Source: Thermoproteota archaeon
Lineage (GTDB): Archaea; Korarchaeota; Korarchaeia; Korarchaeales; Korarchaeaceae
Assembly: GCA_015522685.1 (NCBI GenBank)
Contig: WALU01000048.1
Location: 1 to 34,775, forward strand
Direction of reading: 5' to 3'
DNA length: 34,775 nt
Shown: positions 17,227 through 26,290 of the stretch, one piece after another
Layout: every line of letters starts with the position of its first letter
Numbering within the stretch: position 1 is the first letter of the stretch
Translations under genes and position numbers: made by a program
The notes under the pieces: model-generated
What the model was told of the DNA's origin: nothing
The model's input: only the letters and a program-made list of their open reading frames with translations
Database searches by the model: none

Positions 17227-19322
17227 TGGCTAAGATTCTCGCAGCCCTTGCTGGCACACCAAATGTCGGAAAAAGCACCTTATTTAATAGGATAACGGGA
17301 GGGGATGTCCATGTTGCTAATTGGCCTGGAGTTACGTTGCAGAGGGCGGAAGGCAAAACAGTCCATCACGGCATTGAGATAAATATAGTAGATCTCCCAG
17401 GAACTTACAGTTTATCTGCTCGGGATATTGGAGAGAGGGTTGCGAGGGATTTCATAGTTAGGAAAAAGCCAGATGTATTAGTTGTTGTGGTAGATGCCAC
17501 TTCTCTGAAGAAATCTCTATACTTTGCTGTTATGGCTCTAGAGCTTTACACAAGGGTCGTAATTGCCTTGAATATGATAGATGCTGCTGATAAAAGAGGC
17601 ATTCATATAGATGTCGATGGAATGGAAGCAAAGCTTGGTGTTCCCATAGTTCCCATTTCAGCCTTGAAAGGTATAGGGATAGGGGTCCTCCTTGATAGAA
17701 CACTAGATGTGGCTCAAGGGATAAAGACAAGGAAAGAGCTCCTTAAAGTGAATTACAATGGTCTTGAACCTTACATATACAAGATCGAGAAGATTCTCAA
17801 GAATGAGAATGCATTGAATCACTATCCAAGGATATGGACGGCAATTAGACTGTTCGAAGGTGATGAAGTAATAGTAGAGGAGTTAAGAGAGGAGAAACCT
17901 GAGCTTTTACCAAAAATCGAGGCATTAAAAGAAAAGGCACGTCTAGAGTTAGGAGAAGACTTAGGGAGGCTGGCAATAAGCTCTAGGTATTCCTTTATAG
18001 ATGATATAACCAAGTCCTCAGTAATAGAGGTGAGGCTAGCTGCCCCCTCCTTCTCAGAAAAGCTTGATAGGCTAATGCTTCATCCATTGTTAGGGCCTAT
18101 AATCTCCGCATTTGTAATACTCATCACGTTCTTTCTAATATTTGCTATAAATACAGGTTTTCCTCTTAATTTATTGCTAGAATATGCAGGGTATAAGGAA
18201 TTAGCAAGCTTGGTAGAGGAATATAGTCTCTCTGGCATCTTAGGGTCGGCATTTGACCTACTATCCTCAGGGATTAAGGCATGGATGACTTCAATAGGAT
18301 ACAGTGGCTGGACTGTAGGCTTACTAGCCGATGGTATAATTGATAGTTTAGGGACCCTAATTTCTTTTGTTCCCCTTTTGTTACTGGCCTATATATTCTT
18401 AGGTGCCATGCAGGACAGTGGCCTCTTTCCTAGAGCTGCAGTTTCATTTGACAGCTTATTTAGAAAATTTGGTTTAAGTGGCAAGGCTTTTTTCCCAGCA
18501 GCCTTAGGCATGGGATGCAGCGTTGCCGCTGTAACATCAACAAGAGCAATGGATGATGACAGAGAGAGAAGGGTAACCGCAATGACTTCACCTCTTATTC
18601 CATGCCAAGCTAGGTTATTGGTTCTCCTTACTATCGCATCAGCGGTCTCCTCAGATCCTCTCTCGCAATCTGCCCTAACAATATTCATATATGTGCTAAG
18701 CTTTATCCTCTACCTACTAACATCGAATCTCCTCAATAAGCTCGTGTTTAAGATAGAATATGCACCTGATCTCCTTATGGAGCTTCCTCCCTATCACAGA
18801 CCAAGTCTTAGAGTAGTCTGGTGGTATGCTAGAAGTAATACAGAGCACTTCCTGAGGAAGGCAGGACTTCTTATATTGGGATTAGGGATAGTAACATGGT
18901 TTCTACTTAATTTTGGATCGCTTGGTTATCTCTCCGGTGATATAGCAAATAGCTTTGCTGCTTATATAGGCAATATACTGAGTCCAATTACATCTCTCAT
19001 AGGACTGCCTGATTGGAGATATGCTCTGGCATTCGAAGTTGGTTTTGTGGCTAAAGAAGGACTTTTGATAACATTTTCTAGTGTTACAGGAGTATCTGAT
19101 CCTGTAGAAGCTCTTAGAGTTATAGGCCTAACACCATTAAAGGGAGTATCTATGGCCTTGGCTATGAGTTACTATGTTCCCTGTATGGCTACTGTAGCAG
19201 CTCTGATAACTGAACTCAGAGTTGGTAGATATGTGCTCTTGACGATATTAATGGAGCTAATGATAGCTTTCGTTTTGGCTGCTACAGCCTATTGGACTGG
19301 ACTGATGCTTGGCTTTACTTGA
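17223..19322 (+). CDS. feoB: Ferrous iron transport protein B
   Basis: GTPNVGKST, NWPGVT, DLPGTYSL, NMID, gate motifs GCSV and PCQARL, MELPPY, AKE, YVPCMAT. Confidence 0.97.
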   Translation: MMAKILAALAGTPNVGKSTLFNRITGGDVHVANWPGVTLQRAEGKTVHHGIEINIVDLPGTYSLSARDIGERVARDFIVRKKPDVLVVVVDATSLKKSLYFAVMALELYTRVVIALNMIDAADKRGIHIDVDGMEAKLGVPIVPISALKGIGIGVLLDRTLDVAQGIKTRKELLKVNYNGLEPYIYKIEKILKNENALNHYPRIWTAIRLFEGDEVIVEELREEKPELLPKIEALKEKARLELGEDLGRLAISSRYSFIDDITKSSVIEVRLAAPSFSEKLDRLMLHPLLGPIISAFVILITFFLIFAINTGFPLNLLLEYAGYKELASLVEEYSLSGILGSAFDLLSSGIKAWMTSIGYSGWTVGLLADGIIDSLGTLISFVPLLLLAYIFLGAMQDSGLFPRAAVSFDSLFRKFGLSGKAFFPAALGMGCSVAAVTSTRAMDDDRERRVTAMTSPLIPCQARLLVLLTIASAVSSDPLSQSALTIFIYVLSFILYLLTSNLLNKLVFKIEYAPDLLMELPPYHRPSLRVVWWYARSNTEHFLRKAGLLILGLGIVTWFLLNFGSLGYLSGDIANSFAAYIGNILSPITSLIGLPDWRYALAFEVGFVAKEGLLITFSSVTGVSDPVEALRVIGLTPLKGVSMALAMSYYVPCMATVAALITELRVGRYVLLTILMELMIAFVLAATAYWTGLMLGFT

Positions 19323-19359
19323 ACAACCAATTTTTAATTTCTTGATACACAATAATTCG

Positions 19360-19863
19360 ATGGATGAACTAGATGCCCGCATACTCGATGAGATAGTTAA
19401 GAATGGGAGAGTAACTCTTACTGAGTTAGCTAAGAGAGTTAAGGCTCCAAGAACAACCCTAACCTCTAGATTCAGGAAATTGATAGATTCAGGCTACATC
19501 AGAGGTTTTACGGCAATACTGAACTTCAAGAAATTGGGATATAACTTGACAGCGTTTGTTCTAGTTCAGATAAGAAGAGGCAAACCTGCTCAGGGCAAAT
19601 CAAATCAAGAAATGTTCATCGATAAAATCACTAAGGAATCTGAGAATCGATCAGATCTACCTTGGGTAGAAGAGGCTCATATAATAACAGGGGACTATGA
19701 CATCCTTTTGAAGGTTAGAGCTAGAAATATGGACGAGTTAACAAAGTTTCTCATAACGGAGCTGGCTCAGCATCCGGACGTAGAGAAGACTCATACCTTA
19801 ATGGTCCTGAAGAGTCCATATGAAGGCCTCTTTCCCATAGCAAAGACCATCATCATACCATAA
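19360..19863 (+). CDS. Lrp/AsnC family transcriptional regulator
   Basis: MDELDARIL wHTH, GYIRGFTAILN..KLG, ITGDYDILLKV. Start moved to ATG 19360, with TTTTTAA at 19331-19337. Confidence 0.93.
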   Translation: MDELDARILDEIVKNGRVTLTELAKRVKAPRTTLTSRFRKLIDSGYIRGFTAILNFKKLGYNLTAFVLVQIRRGKPAQGKSNQEMFIDKITKESENRSDLPWVEEAHIITGDYDILLKVRARNMDELTKFLITELAQHPDVEKTHTLMVLKSPYEGLFPIAKTIIIP

Positions 19864-19899
19864 GACTCCTCAGCAGGGGTATCTCAGAGGGAATTTCCT

Positions 19900-20200
19900 C
19901 ATTCATCTATCTTTCCTCAGATTATTCTAGGGTTTCCCAAGGCTCCAGTTCTTATGACCCTTGTAGGTATAGCTATCAAATATACTGGCATATCTCTGTG
20001 GAGAATCTGGATTAACAAAGATTACATAAGAAGTTCTCCACTCATCTTGAAGCATTAAATTAATTGCTGATCTCTCTACTCCCCTAAAATTATGGATTCT
20101 TCCCTTTATTGGCTTTAGAAAGAGAACTAACTGCTACTTTACTTTTCTCTAGGAGATTCCATACCTTTTCTATAATTTGCTACTTCTCCTCCAACTTCAC
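19900..20200 (-). pseudogene. Possible decayed gene remnant of unknown family
   Basis: Purine-rich minus strand gives protein-like fragments in successive frames, broken by stops and frameshifts. Confidence 0.3.
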
Positions 20201-20232
20201 ATGAAATTATATCCTTCTGACTTTAAATATTC

Positions 20233-20547
20233 ATGGGTAAATCTCCTTCGATGAGCCTAAGGGAGAGAATATTGGAACTCTTGCTAGCTGTGGAAGAGCC
20301 TCTCTCTATTGATGATATAGCTAGAGATCTGGGATTGGACCCGAGGATGACCAATGAGATATATGGGCATCTAGAGCACATAGCTAAAACCGTAAAGAGA
20401 AAATATGGGAAGACCCTGATGATGGAACCTCCTAGATGTAGGAGATGTGGTTACATATTCTCAAGCCTTAGAAAGCCTAAAAAACCAAGTAAATGCCCTA
20501 AATGTGGGAGTGAGTGGATAGAACCCCCCAGATTCATAATAAAGTGA
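20233..20547 (+). CDS. HTH plus Zn-ribbon transcriptional regulator (COG3357-like)
   Basis: RERILELL..HLEHIAKT; PPRCRRCGY..KPSKCPKCGSEWIEPP. Confidence 0.9.
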   Translation: MGKSPSMSLRERILELLLAVEEPLSIDDIARDLGLDPRMTNEIYGHLEHIAKTVKRKYGKTLMMEPPRCRRCGYIFSSLRKPKKPSKCPKCGSEWIEPPRFIIK

Positions 20548-20557
20548 GTTAGAAGCC

Positions 20558-21751
20558 CTATGACATGAGATCTACTAAGAGATCCCTCACTTTGACTATT
20601 ATTTCTTCCTTAACGTTCTCTAAATTGCCATGAGCATTGCTCTCATTCTCTATAGTCCCCACCGAAACCGTTGGAATTCCTCTTCTAGCGAACACAAAGC
20701 CATCATTTCCACCTAAAGACCCAGCCAGTCTCCCTTCACCGAAATATCTCTCATAACTCCTGAGAACTTCTTTCACGAACTCATGGTCAGGCTCGGTCAT
20801 CCATCCCGGGTTGAGTGTCTCCTTAATTTTGATTTCAACGTTAGCTCCTATCTTAAGAGCTGCTGTCTGTACAGCAGCCTTAAATCTTTCAATAACATCC
20901 ATCCTGTCATCATCTGGAATGAATCTTAGGTCGAAGCCAAGCTCAGCTTTGCTTGGGATAACATTATGCTTATCACCCGCTTTCATTATGGTAAAGCTGA
21001 ATCTTCCCCACAGCTTAGATACGGGCGATCCCGGTGGAGCGGGAATTATTGAAACCTTGGATGAGTGCTGCTGGGCAAATCCCATTAAAATTTCATTAGC
21101 TAGCTCCATAGCTATATGAACTGGATTAACGGCTATAAAAGGTCTTCCTGCATGCCCTCCCTTTCCTTTGATAACTAAGCTTCCATGTATAACGCCACTA
21201 GCCCCTATGCCAACGAAGTCAGGTGCGGCGTCAATTACAATGACCCTATCTGGTCTTATGCCGGCTTCTCTGAATCCCTTCTCAGCAACCGCAAATACTC
21301 CCGTTCCACCAACTTCTTCATCCCCTACAACCACAACAACAGGGTTATACCTTCCCTTACCTTTATCTAAGATTGCCTTAGCGGCAGACAGGCTAAGTGC
21401 TATAGCTGACTTATCATCAGCAGCTCCTCTCCCATATATCCTGCCGTTCAAGCGAAGAGGCTCGAATGGGCTAAATTCCTTATAATCTAGCTTCCATAGT
21501 CCCTTAGCAGGTACTACATCGTAGTGAGATAAAAGAATCAAGTTCTTCTCTGCACCGATGCTTTCCCAAGCTATGATATTAGGTAATTCTCCTCTCTCAT
21601 CACTATGAACGTGTATGTGCGTTTTTAGGCCTAATTCCCTTGCCTTATCCTCTATCATCCGAGATACTTCCCAATAGTTCTTCCTCTTCATGGAATTGGT
21701 GTCAAGCTTTATCAAATCCATCAGGAATTGAAACATCTCTTCATCGTTCAT
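20558..21751 (-). CDS. M20 family metallohydrolase (ArgE/DapE-like)
   Basis: SHYDVVP, GRGAADDK, DEEVGG, GKGGHAG, GGNDG, AHG..E. Confidence 0.92.
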   Translation of the reverse strand: MNDEEMFQFLMDLIKLDTNSMKRKNYWEVSRMIEDKARELGLKTHIHVHSDERGELPNIIAWESIGAEKNLILLSHYDVVPAKGLWKLDYKEFSPFEPLRLNGRIYGRGAADDKSAIALSLSAAKAILDKGKGRYNPVVVVVGDEEVGGTGVFAVAEKGFREAGIRPDRVIVIDAAPDFVGIGASGVIHGSLVIKGKGGHAGRPFIAVNPVHIAMELANEILMGFAQQHSSKVSIIPAPPGSPVSKLWGRFSFTIMKAGDKHNVIPSKAELGFDLRFIPDDDRMDVIERFKAAVQTAALKIGANVEIKIKETLNPGWMTEPDHEFVKEVLRSYERYFGEGRLAGSLGGNDGFVFARRGIPTVSVGTIENESNAHGNLENVKEEIIVKVRDLLVDLMS

Positions 21752-21841
21752 ATATGGTATTACCTCAGCATTTTTTATATGCTTTGGTCGTACTGGCGCA
21801 CAAATTATATTAATTGGATGATGGATCTTAGCGGGTACTTC

Positions 21842-22492
21842 ATGCTCAGATTAGTGCTTTTAGGTAGGCCAGGGGCTGGTAAAGGAACGCAAAGTGAATT
21901 CATATCTGAGAGCTTCAATACACCTAAGCTCGTAATGAGTGGCCTCCTGAAAGAGGAGGTAAATGAGGGTAGCAGCCTAGGAGAGATCATAAGAAGCTAT
22001 ATGGAGGAAGGCAAGCTGGTTCCTGATAAAATAGTCTATCAAGTTCTGCAAAAGAACATAATGGAAGTTGTTGGCAAGGGATTTATACTAGATGGGTTTC
22101 CAAGAAACCTAAAGCAAGCTGAATGGCTTGATAATTTTCTGAAATCTAATGAAATAGAACTATCCGCCGCTATCTACTTTGATGTGGATGAGCTAACTGT
22201 CCTCAGGAGGATAATGGGCCGCTTGATCTGTGAATCCTGCGGCCGAGCATATAATATATTCTATGATCCACCACTGGACATCAGAAAATGTGAATGCGGA
22301 GGGAAGCTTTATCAGAGAAAGGATGACTGCTATGAGAAGATATTGAGGAGGCTAAACATATTCAATGAAGAGACATTATCTCTAGTGGAGTACTATAAGA
22401 GAAAAGGGTTACTACTATCCATCGATGCAAGTAAGGATATTAAAACAGTTAAAGAAGAGACATTCTCTACGATATCGGCTCTTCTCTCCTGA
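21842..22492 (+). CDS. adk: Adenylate kinase, bacterial type with Zn-binding LID
   Basis: LLGRPGAGKGTQ, GKLVPD, GFILDGFPR, CESC...CEC LID, QRKDD. Start at ATG 21842 after GCGGGTA. Confidence 0.92.
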   Translation: MLRLVLLGRPGAGKGTQSEFISESFNTPKLVMSGLLKEEVNEGSSLGEIIRSYMEEGKLVPDKIVYQVLQKNIMEVVGKGFILDGFPRNLKQAEWLDNFLKSNEIELSAAIYFDVDELTVLRRIMGRLICESCGRAYNIFYDPPLDIRKCECGGKLYQRKDDCYEKILRRLNIFNEETLSLVEYYKRKGLLLSIDASKDIKTVKEETFSTISALLS

Positions 22493-23654
22493 GGGTCTCA
22501 GGTATCCTGATGAAGAAGAGGCTCGAAAGCAGCCGAGTGAATCCTAATATTAGCATGGCCTCTCTAATGCCAAGGACATCACCAAGTGATCCACCTATAA
22601 GCGGAGCAATGGACTTAGTAAGCGAAGTTAGTGCATTGAATGTCGAAACGGCAGCCCCTCTCTTGGAGGGTGAAGAAGCATCTAGTAAGTAGGTAGGCGA
22701 AGCCGTATAATACATAGAGAACCCTATCATACCAACAGTAGTTCCAATTAGCAAGTGTGCAAAGCTGCTTCCAATGGCATAAGAAAATGGAATTGCCGCC
22801 GCAAAAGCCGGTGACATTAGAAGGAAGGGCTTTCTTCCTATTTTGTCAGCTGCATATCCCCAGATAGGCTGAAGTATAAGCCTTGTTGCATTTGCTGCTG
22901 TACCTATAAGGCCTATTTCCGCCTTAGATAGCTCATATATCCTTATCTGAGCTACAGAAAATAATGGCCATGCTAGAGACCATATAAGAGACCATAGAAC
23001 ACTCGCTATTAAGAAGGGCTTATAACTTCCCTCCGCATATCCTTCTAATTCCTCCTTATCCTCCTTAATGTACAAACTCGATGGTTTGGGAATAAGATAC
23101 ACAGTTAAAGCTGCAAGTAAGAACTGAGATGCTCCAACTAGACTAGCTAAGTGATAGCCGTACACGTCCATGATTAAGCCGGCAATTGGGAGGAAAAGAG
23201 CGCTTCCAACAGTTGATAGTGTAACGGTAATTCCTGAAATTCTCCCTCTCTCCCTCAACTGCGTCAGATCTCCTAATGCAGCGAGCCATGATGAGTTAGA
23301 TAGCCCCATAAAAGCATTAAGCATGGAATTGGCGAAGTAATACTCGAGAGCTGACCTAGAGTTGAATATCTCATAGATGAATATACTTGAGGCTAGGAAG
23401 CCAAGTAATATGAGAAGCCTCCTCTTCTTAGTCTGATCTACAACCCATCCCCAAAGTGGCTGAGTAACTGCTGTTGAGAGTCCCCCTAGTGATATATTGA
23501 TCGCTATCTCCACGGCAGAGAGGTTCAGTACCTCCACACCATATACTTGAAGCAGGAAAAAGGTGAAGCTCATGGATGTACCTTGAAAAAAAGAATTAAC
23601 TGAGAGACCGAGTAATTTACGTCCGGTTCTATGGCTTGAGGCCAAGCGAGTCAC
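22467..23654 (-). CDS. MFS transporter
   Basis: About 12 TM segments with motif A (WGWVVDQTKKRR, WGYAADKIGRK). Probable start TTG at 23645 after GGTGA. Confidence 0.9.
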   Translation of the reverse strand: MTRLASSHRTGRKLLGLSVNSFFQGTSMSFTFFLLQVYGVEVLNLSAVEIAINISLGGLSTAVTQPLWGWVVDQTKKRRLLILLGFLASSIFIYEIFNSRSALEYYFANSMLNAFMGLSNSSWLAALGDLTQLRERGRISGITVTLSTVGSALFLPIAGLIMDVYGYHLASLVGASQFLLAALTVYLIPKPSSLYIKEDKEELEGYAEGSYKPFLIASVLWSLIWSLAWPLFSVAQIRIYELSKAEIGLIGTAANATRLILQPIWGYAADKIGRKPFLLMSPAFAAAIPFSYAIGSSFAHLLIGTTVGMIGFSMYYTASPTYLLDASSPSKRGAAVSTFNALTSLTKSIAPLIGGSLGDVLGIREAMLILGFTRLLSSLFFIRIPETLRREEPIS

Positions 23655-23923
23655 CTAAGTGATATAACAACTGAGAGGGCCATGATCAATAGCGTGGCTA
23701 TGGCTAGGGAGCTTATCTCTCTATCCCCCTCTCTAAGCTCCTTAACTGAGAGAAGGGCTAGAAAAGATATGGGCGTCCCCATTATCACCATAAATCCGAC
23801 ATTCTCAAAATAATAGCCTAAATTGGCACCTATAGAGCTGAGAACTAAGCCAGCAGCTAATATTACTAATCCAGTTATTACACCAAGCCTAAGGAAATTT
23901 GAAAGCCTTTCTCCGACTATCAC
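23651..23923 (-). CDS. DUF1634-like small membrane protein
   Basis: LRLGV...G..V..GTP three-TM pattern; follows a TauE gene, as is typical for this family. Confidence 0.7.
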   Translation of the reverse strand: MIVGERLSNFLRLGVITGLVILAAGLVLSSIGANLGYYFENVGFMVIMGTPISFLALLSVKELREGDREISSLAIATLLIMALSVVISLR

Positions 23924-23932
23924 TTTTATCCC

Positions 23933-24682
23933 TCAAAGGAGAAGCTTTATTCCAGCATACATCAATATTAGAGAGAATATTAATTTGATATACTTTGATT
24001 TTATTCCTTTGAGCGACTTAGCCCCTAATGTAGCACCGGGGAGTATACCAGAAGCGAACCCTAAAACCAAAACTGGGTCCACCAGTTTTTTAAGAGAATA
24101 AATTATGCTACCTGATGCCGCTGTCAGGCCTACCATGAACGAACTAGTAGCTACTGCCTCCTTTATTGGAAGATCCATTACTAGATTCATTATTGGTACT
24201 TTAAGAACTCCTCCGCCTATTCCAAACATCCCCGAACTCATTCCTGCGAAAAATGATGAAAATACCCCCCAGAACCAGTGCTTCACTTCACCGCTTACTT
24301 TAGGTTTTGTGAAGATCCTCAACAACATCAACATTGATATCGCAACTAAACCGGCTCCAAACACTCTCTCTACAATATATGAAGGCAATCCTATCGTCAA
24401 AATGGCTCCTGAAATTGCCCCTAAGGCAGTTGTTGGCTCTAAGGTCAGGGCCACCTTGAGATTAACTAGTCCTTCCCTCAGATAGACTGATGAACTTGAG
24501 GCAGATGTCACTATTATTGTGAGGAGGCTGGAGGCAATAGCTACTTTTACATTTATTCCCAATATTAGCACCATCAGAGGGACCATTAAGGTTCCTCCTC
24601 CTATACCAGCTATGGCGGATATTAGTCCTATCCCCACTCCGCTGAACATGACTTCTATGAATTTCATTAGTACCATGCTCAA
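23933..24682 (-). CDS. TauE/SafE family sulfite exporter
   Basis: Duplicated GIGGG..VP motifs and AIASS/AVATSS. Probable start TTG 24682 after GGTGG. Confidence 0.92.
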   Translation of the reverse strand: MSMVLMKFIEVMFSGVGIGLISAIAGIGGGTLMVPLMVLILGINVKVAIASSLLTIIVTSASSSSVYLREGLVNLKVALTLEPTTALGAISGAILTIGLPSYIVERVFGAGLVAISMLMLLRIFTKPKVSGEVKHWFWGVFSSFFAGMSSGMFGIGGGVLKVPIMNLVMDLPIKEAVATSSFMVGLTAASGSIIYSLKKLVDPVLVLGFASGILPGATLGAKSLKGIKSKYIKLIFSLILMYAGIKLLL

Positions 24683-24756
24683 GTGGTCCACCTTGCCGCA
24701 TGGGCCTAACTTCAAGATTCTTAATAACTTTCAATGCTATCTAGCTTGGTGATAAT

Positions 24757-25173
24757 CTGATCCTAAGTCTCCTTTCTACAAATGCTGGATCTCATCTACT
24801 GAGAGAGGAGGGAATACTCAGAATAATAGGGGAATGCATACCGGTGGAGTGGCCGAAAATATCTGAGAAATTGTGTGGTAAGCCGCTCTGCCTTTCCTCC
24901 TGCCCTGAACATGATCATATAAATATTATAGCTCTTAAGACGTCCTCGATCCTCGCTAGGGTCAATCTAAAGGAGATTCAGGTCATTACAGTGGATGGAA
25001 GCCCTCACTGCTTACACCTCCATCATGCAGTGGAAGAGGCCCTGAAGATAACTGGAAAGAATATCAAGGTGAGGCATATAGTTATTTACAAAGGTAAGTT
25101 GCTTCAAGTCAGCCGCGATGCCGTGAAGATAGCCCGATTTCTGCATAAGATAGATAACTTATTAAAAGGTTAA
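24757..25173 (+). CDS. Putative iron-sulfur cluster-binding protein, probable CTG start
   Basis: IIGEC, CPE, TVDGSPHCLHL motifs. Frame is open from 24745; first canonical start GTG 24844 lies after the GEC Cys; GGTGA-taat-CTG at 24748-24759. Confidence 0.75.
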   Translation: MILSLLSTNAGSHLLREEGILRIIGECIPVEWPKISEKLCGKPLCLSSCPEHDHINIIALKTSSILARVNLKEIQVITVDGSPHCLHLHHAVEEALKITGKNIKVRHIVIYKGKLLQVSRDAVKIARFLHKIDNLLKG

Positions 25174-25287
25174 TAATCTTTTACAGACTATTTCGTGAGC
25201 AAACTATTATTATTTTTAATATATTACCTAAGGTATCTAATTAATTTGAACATTGTTTTGGGTCTCGTTGAACATGTTCCCAATATC

Positions 25288-25297
25288 TTTTTTATAT
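25288..25297 (+). promoter_or_regulatory. TATA box of the rpl14 (spc-like) operon
   Basis: TTTTTTATAT 31-40 nt upstream of ATG 25328. Confidence 0.6.
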
Positions 25298-25327
25298 CGG
25301 TCATCACCTTGGTGTTGAGGATGGTCT

Positions 25328-25753
25328 ATGTCAAGGGTAGCAAGGAGAAAGAAGATAGAAGGCGTAAAACCGAAAATCTCTAGAGGATTGCCAATAATGG
25401 CTAAGCTTAAATGCACAGATAATACTGGAGCTAAGGTACTCATGATAATTGGAGTTCAAGGATATAAGGGGCGGAAAGGTAGAATTCCATCCGCTAGCAT
25501 CGGGGATATGGTCCCCGTTGTCGTTAAGAGAGGAAAGTACGATCTAATGCATAAACCAGCAAAAGCCATCATTGTGAGGCAAAGGAAGCCCTATAGGCGG
25601 AAGAATGGACAGTGGATTATTTTCGAGGACAATGCTGCAGTACTAGTAGATGATGATGGCACTCCAAAGGGATCAGAGTTCCGTGGTCCTATCGCTAAGG
25701 AGGCGATAGAGAGATGGCCTATGCTAAGCGCCATCTCAGCTCAAGTGGTATGA
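25328..25753 (+). CDS. rpl14: 50S ribosomal protein uL14
   Basis: [31 protein letters not shown]. Confidence 0.98.
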   Translation: MSRVARRKKIEGVKPKISRGLPIMAKLKCTDNTGAKVLMIIGVQGYKGRKGRIPSASIGDMVPVVVKRGKYDLMHKPAKAIIVRQRKPYRRKNGQWIIFEDNAAVLVDDDGTPKGSEFRGPIAKEAIERWPMLSAISAQVV

Positions 25754-25768
25754 GCGTAAGGTGATCTA

Positions 25769-26290
25769 ATGAGAAGCATATCATATAAACCAAGCAAGCA
25801 GAGAAAATACCTGTATAATGCACCGTATCATCATAGAGGAAAAATAATGTCTGCTCCTCTATCTCCTGAGCTTAAAGGGAAATACGGGATAAGGTCTCTT
25901 CCCATTAGGAAAGGAGATAAAGTAAGAATTATTAGAGGAGACTACAGGGGAACTGAAGGGGAGGTTCTCAGTGTATTTAGGAAGAAATATAGAATAGCTA
26001 TAAAAGGGCTCACTAGAAAGAAAACGGATGGAACTGAGATACCTATACCGATCCATCCATCAAAGGTTGTTATAACAAAGCCTAATTTAGGAGATAATGC
26101 TAGAAAGGACATCTTAGAAAGGAGAGGAGTTGAAGTAGAAGAGATTGAAGAGGAAGAAGCCGAAAAGGTGGAAGAGCCTTCAGAAGAGGAAGTGGAAGAG
26201 AGTCAAGAGGAGCCTACTGAAGAAGAGATTAATAAGAATGGAACGGAGGAAGATGAATATGGGAAAGATAGGAGGAAGCAGGCGCCTTAA
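25769..26290 (+). CDS. rpl24: 50S ribosomal protein uL24 with acidic C-terminal extension
   Basis: [27 protein letters not shown]. Confidence 0.96.
   Translation: MRSISYKPSKQRKYLYNAPYHHRGKIMSAPLSPELKGKYGIRSLPIRKGDKVRIIRGDYRGTEGEVLSVFRKKYRIAIKGLTRKKTDGTEIPIPIHPSKVVITKPNLGDNARKDILERRGVEVEEIEEEEAEKVEEPSEEEVEESQEEPTEEEINKNGTEEDEYGKDRRKQAP

Noticed and set aside
21728-21841. N-terminal extension of Adk
   Set aside because: It spans the AT-rich divergent promoter region and overlaps the M20 gene start; ATG 21842 fits the family length.
25195-25443. Short ORFs 25195-25383 (+) and 25237-25443 (-)
   Set aside because: They cover AT-rich promoter DNA and overlap rpl14, with no coding signature.
26145-26258. 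Basic N-terminal extension of eS4
   Set aside because: It is the alternate-frame reading of the uL24 acidic tail; the SD supports a start at 26253 or 26259.
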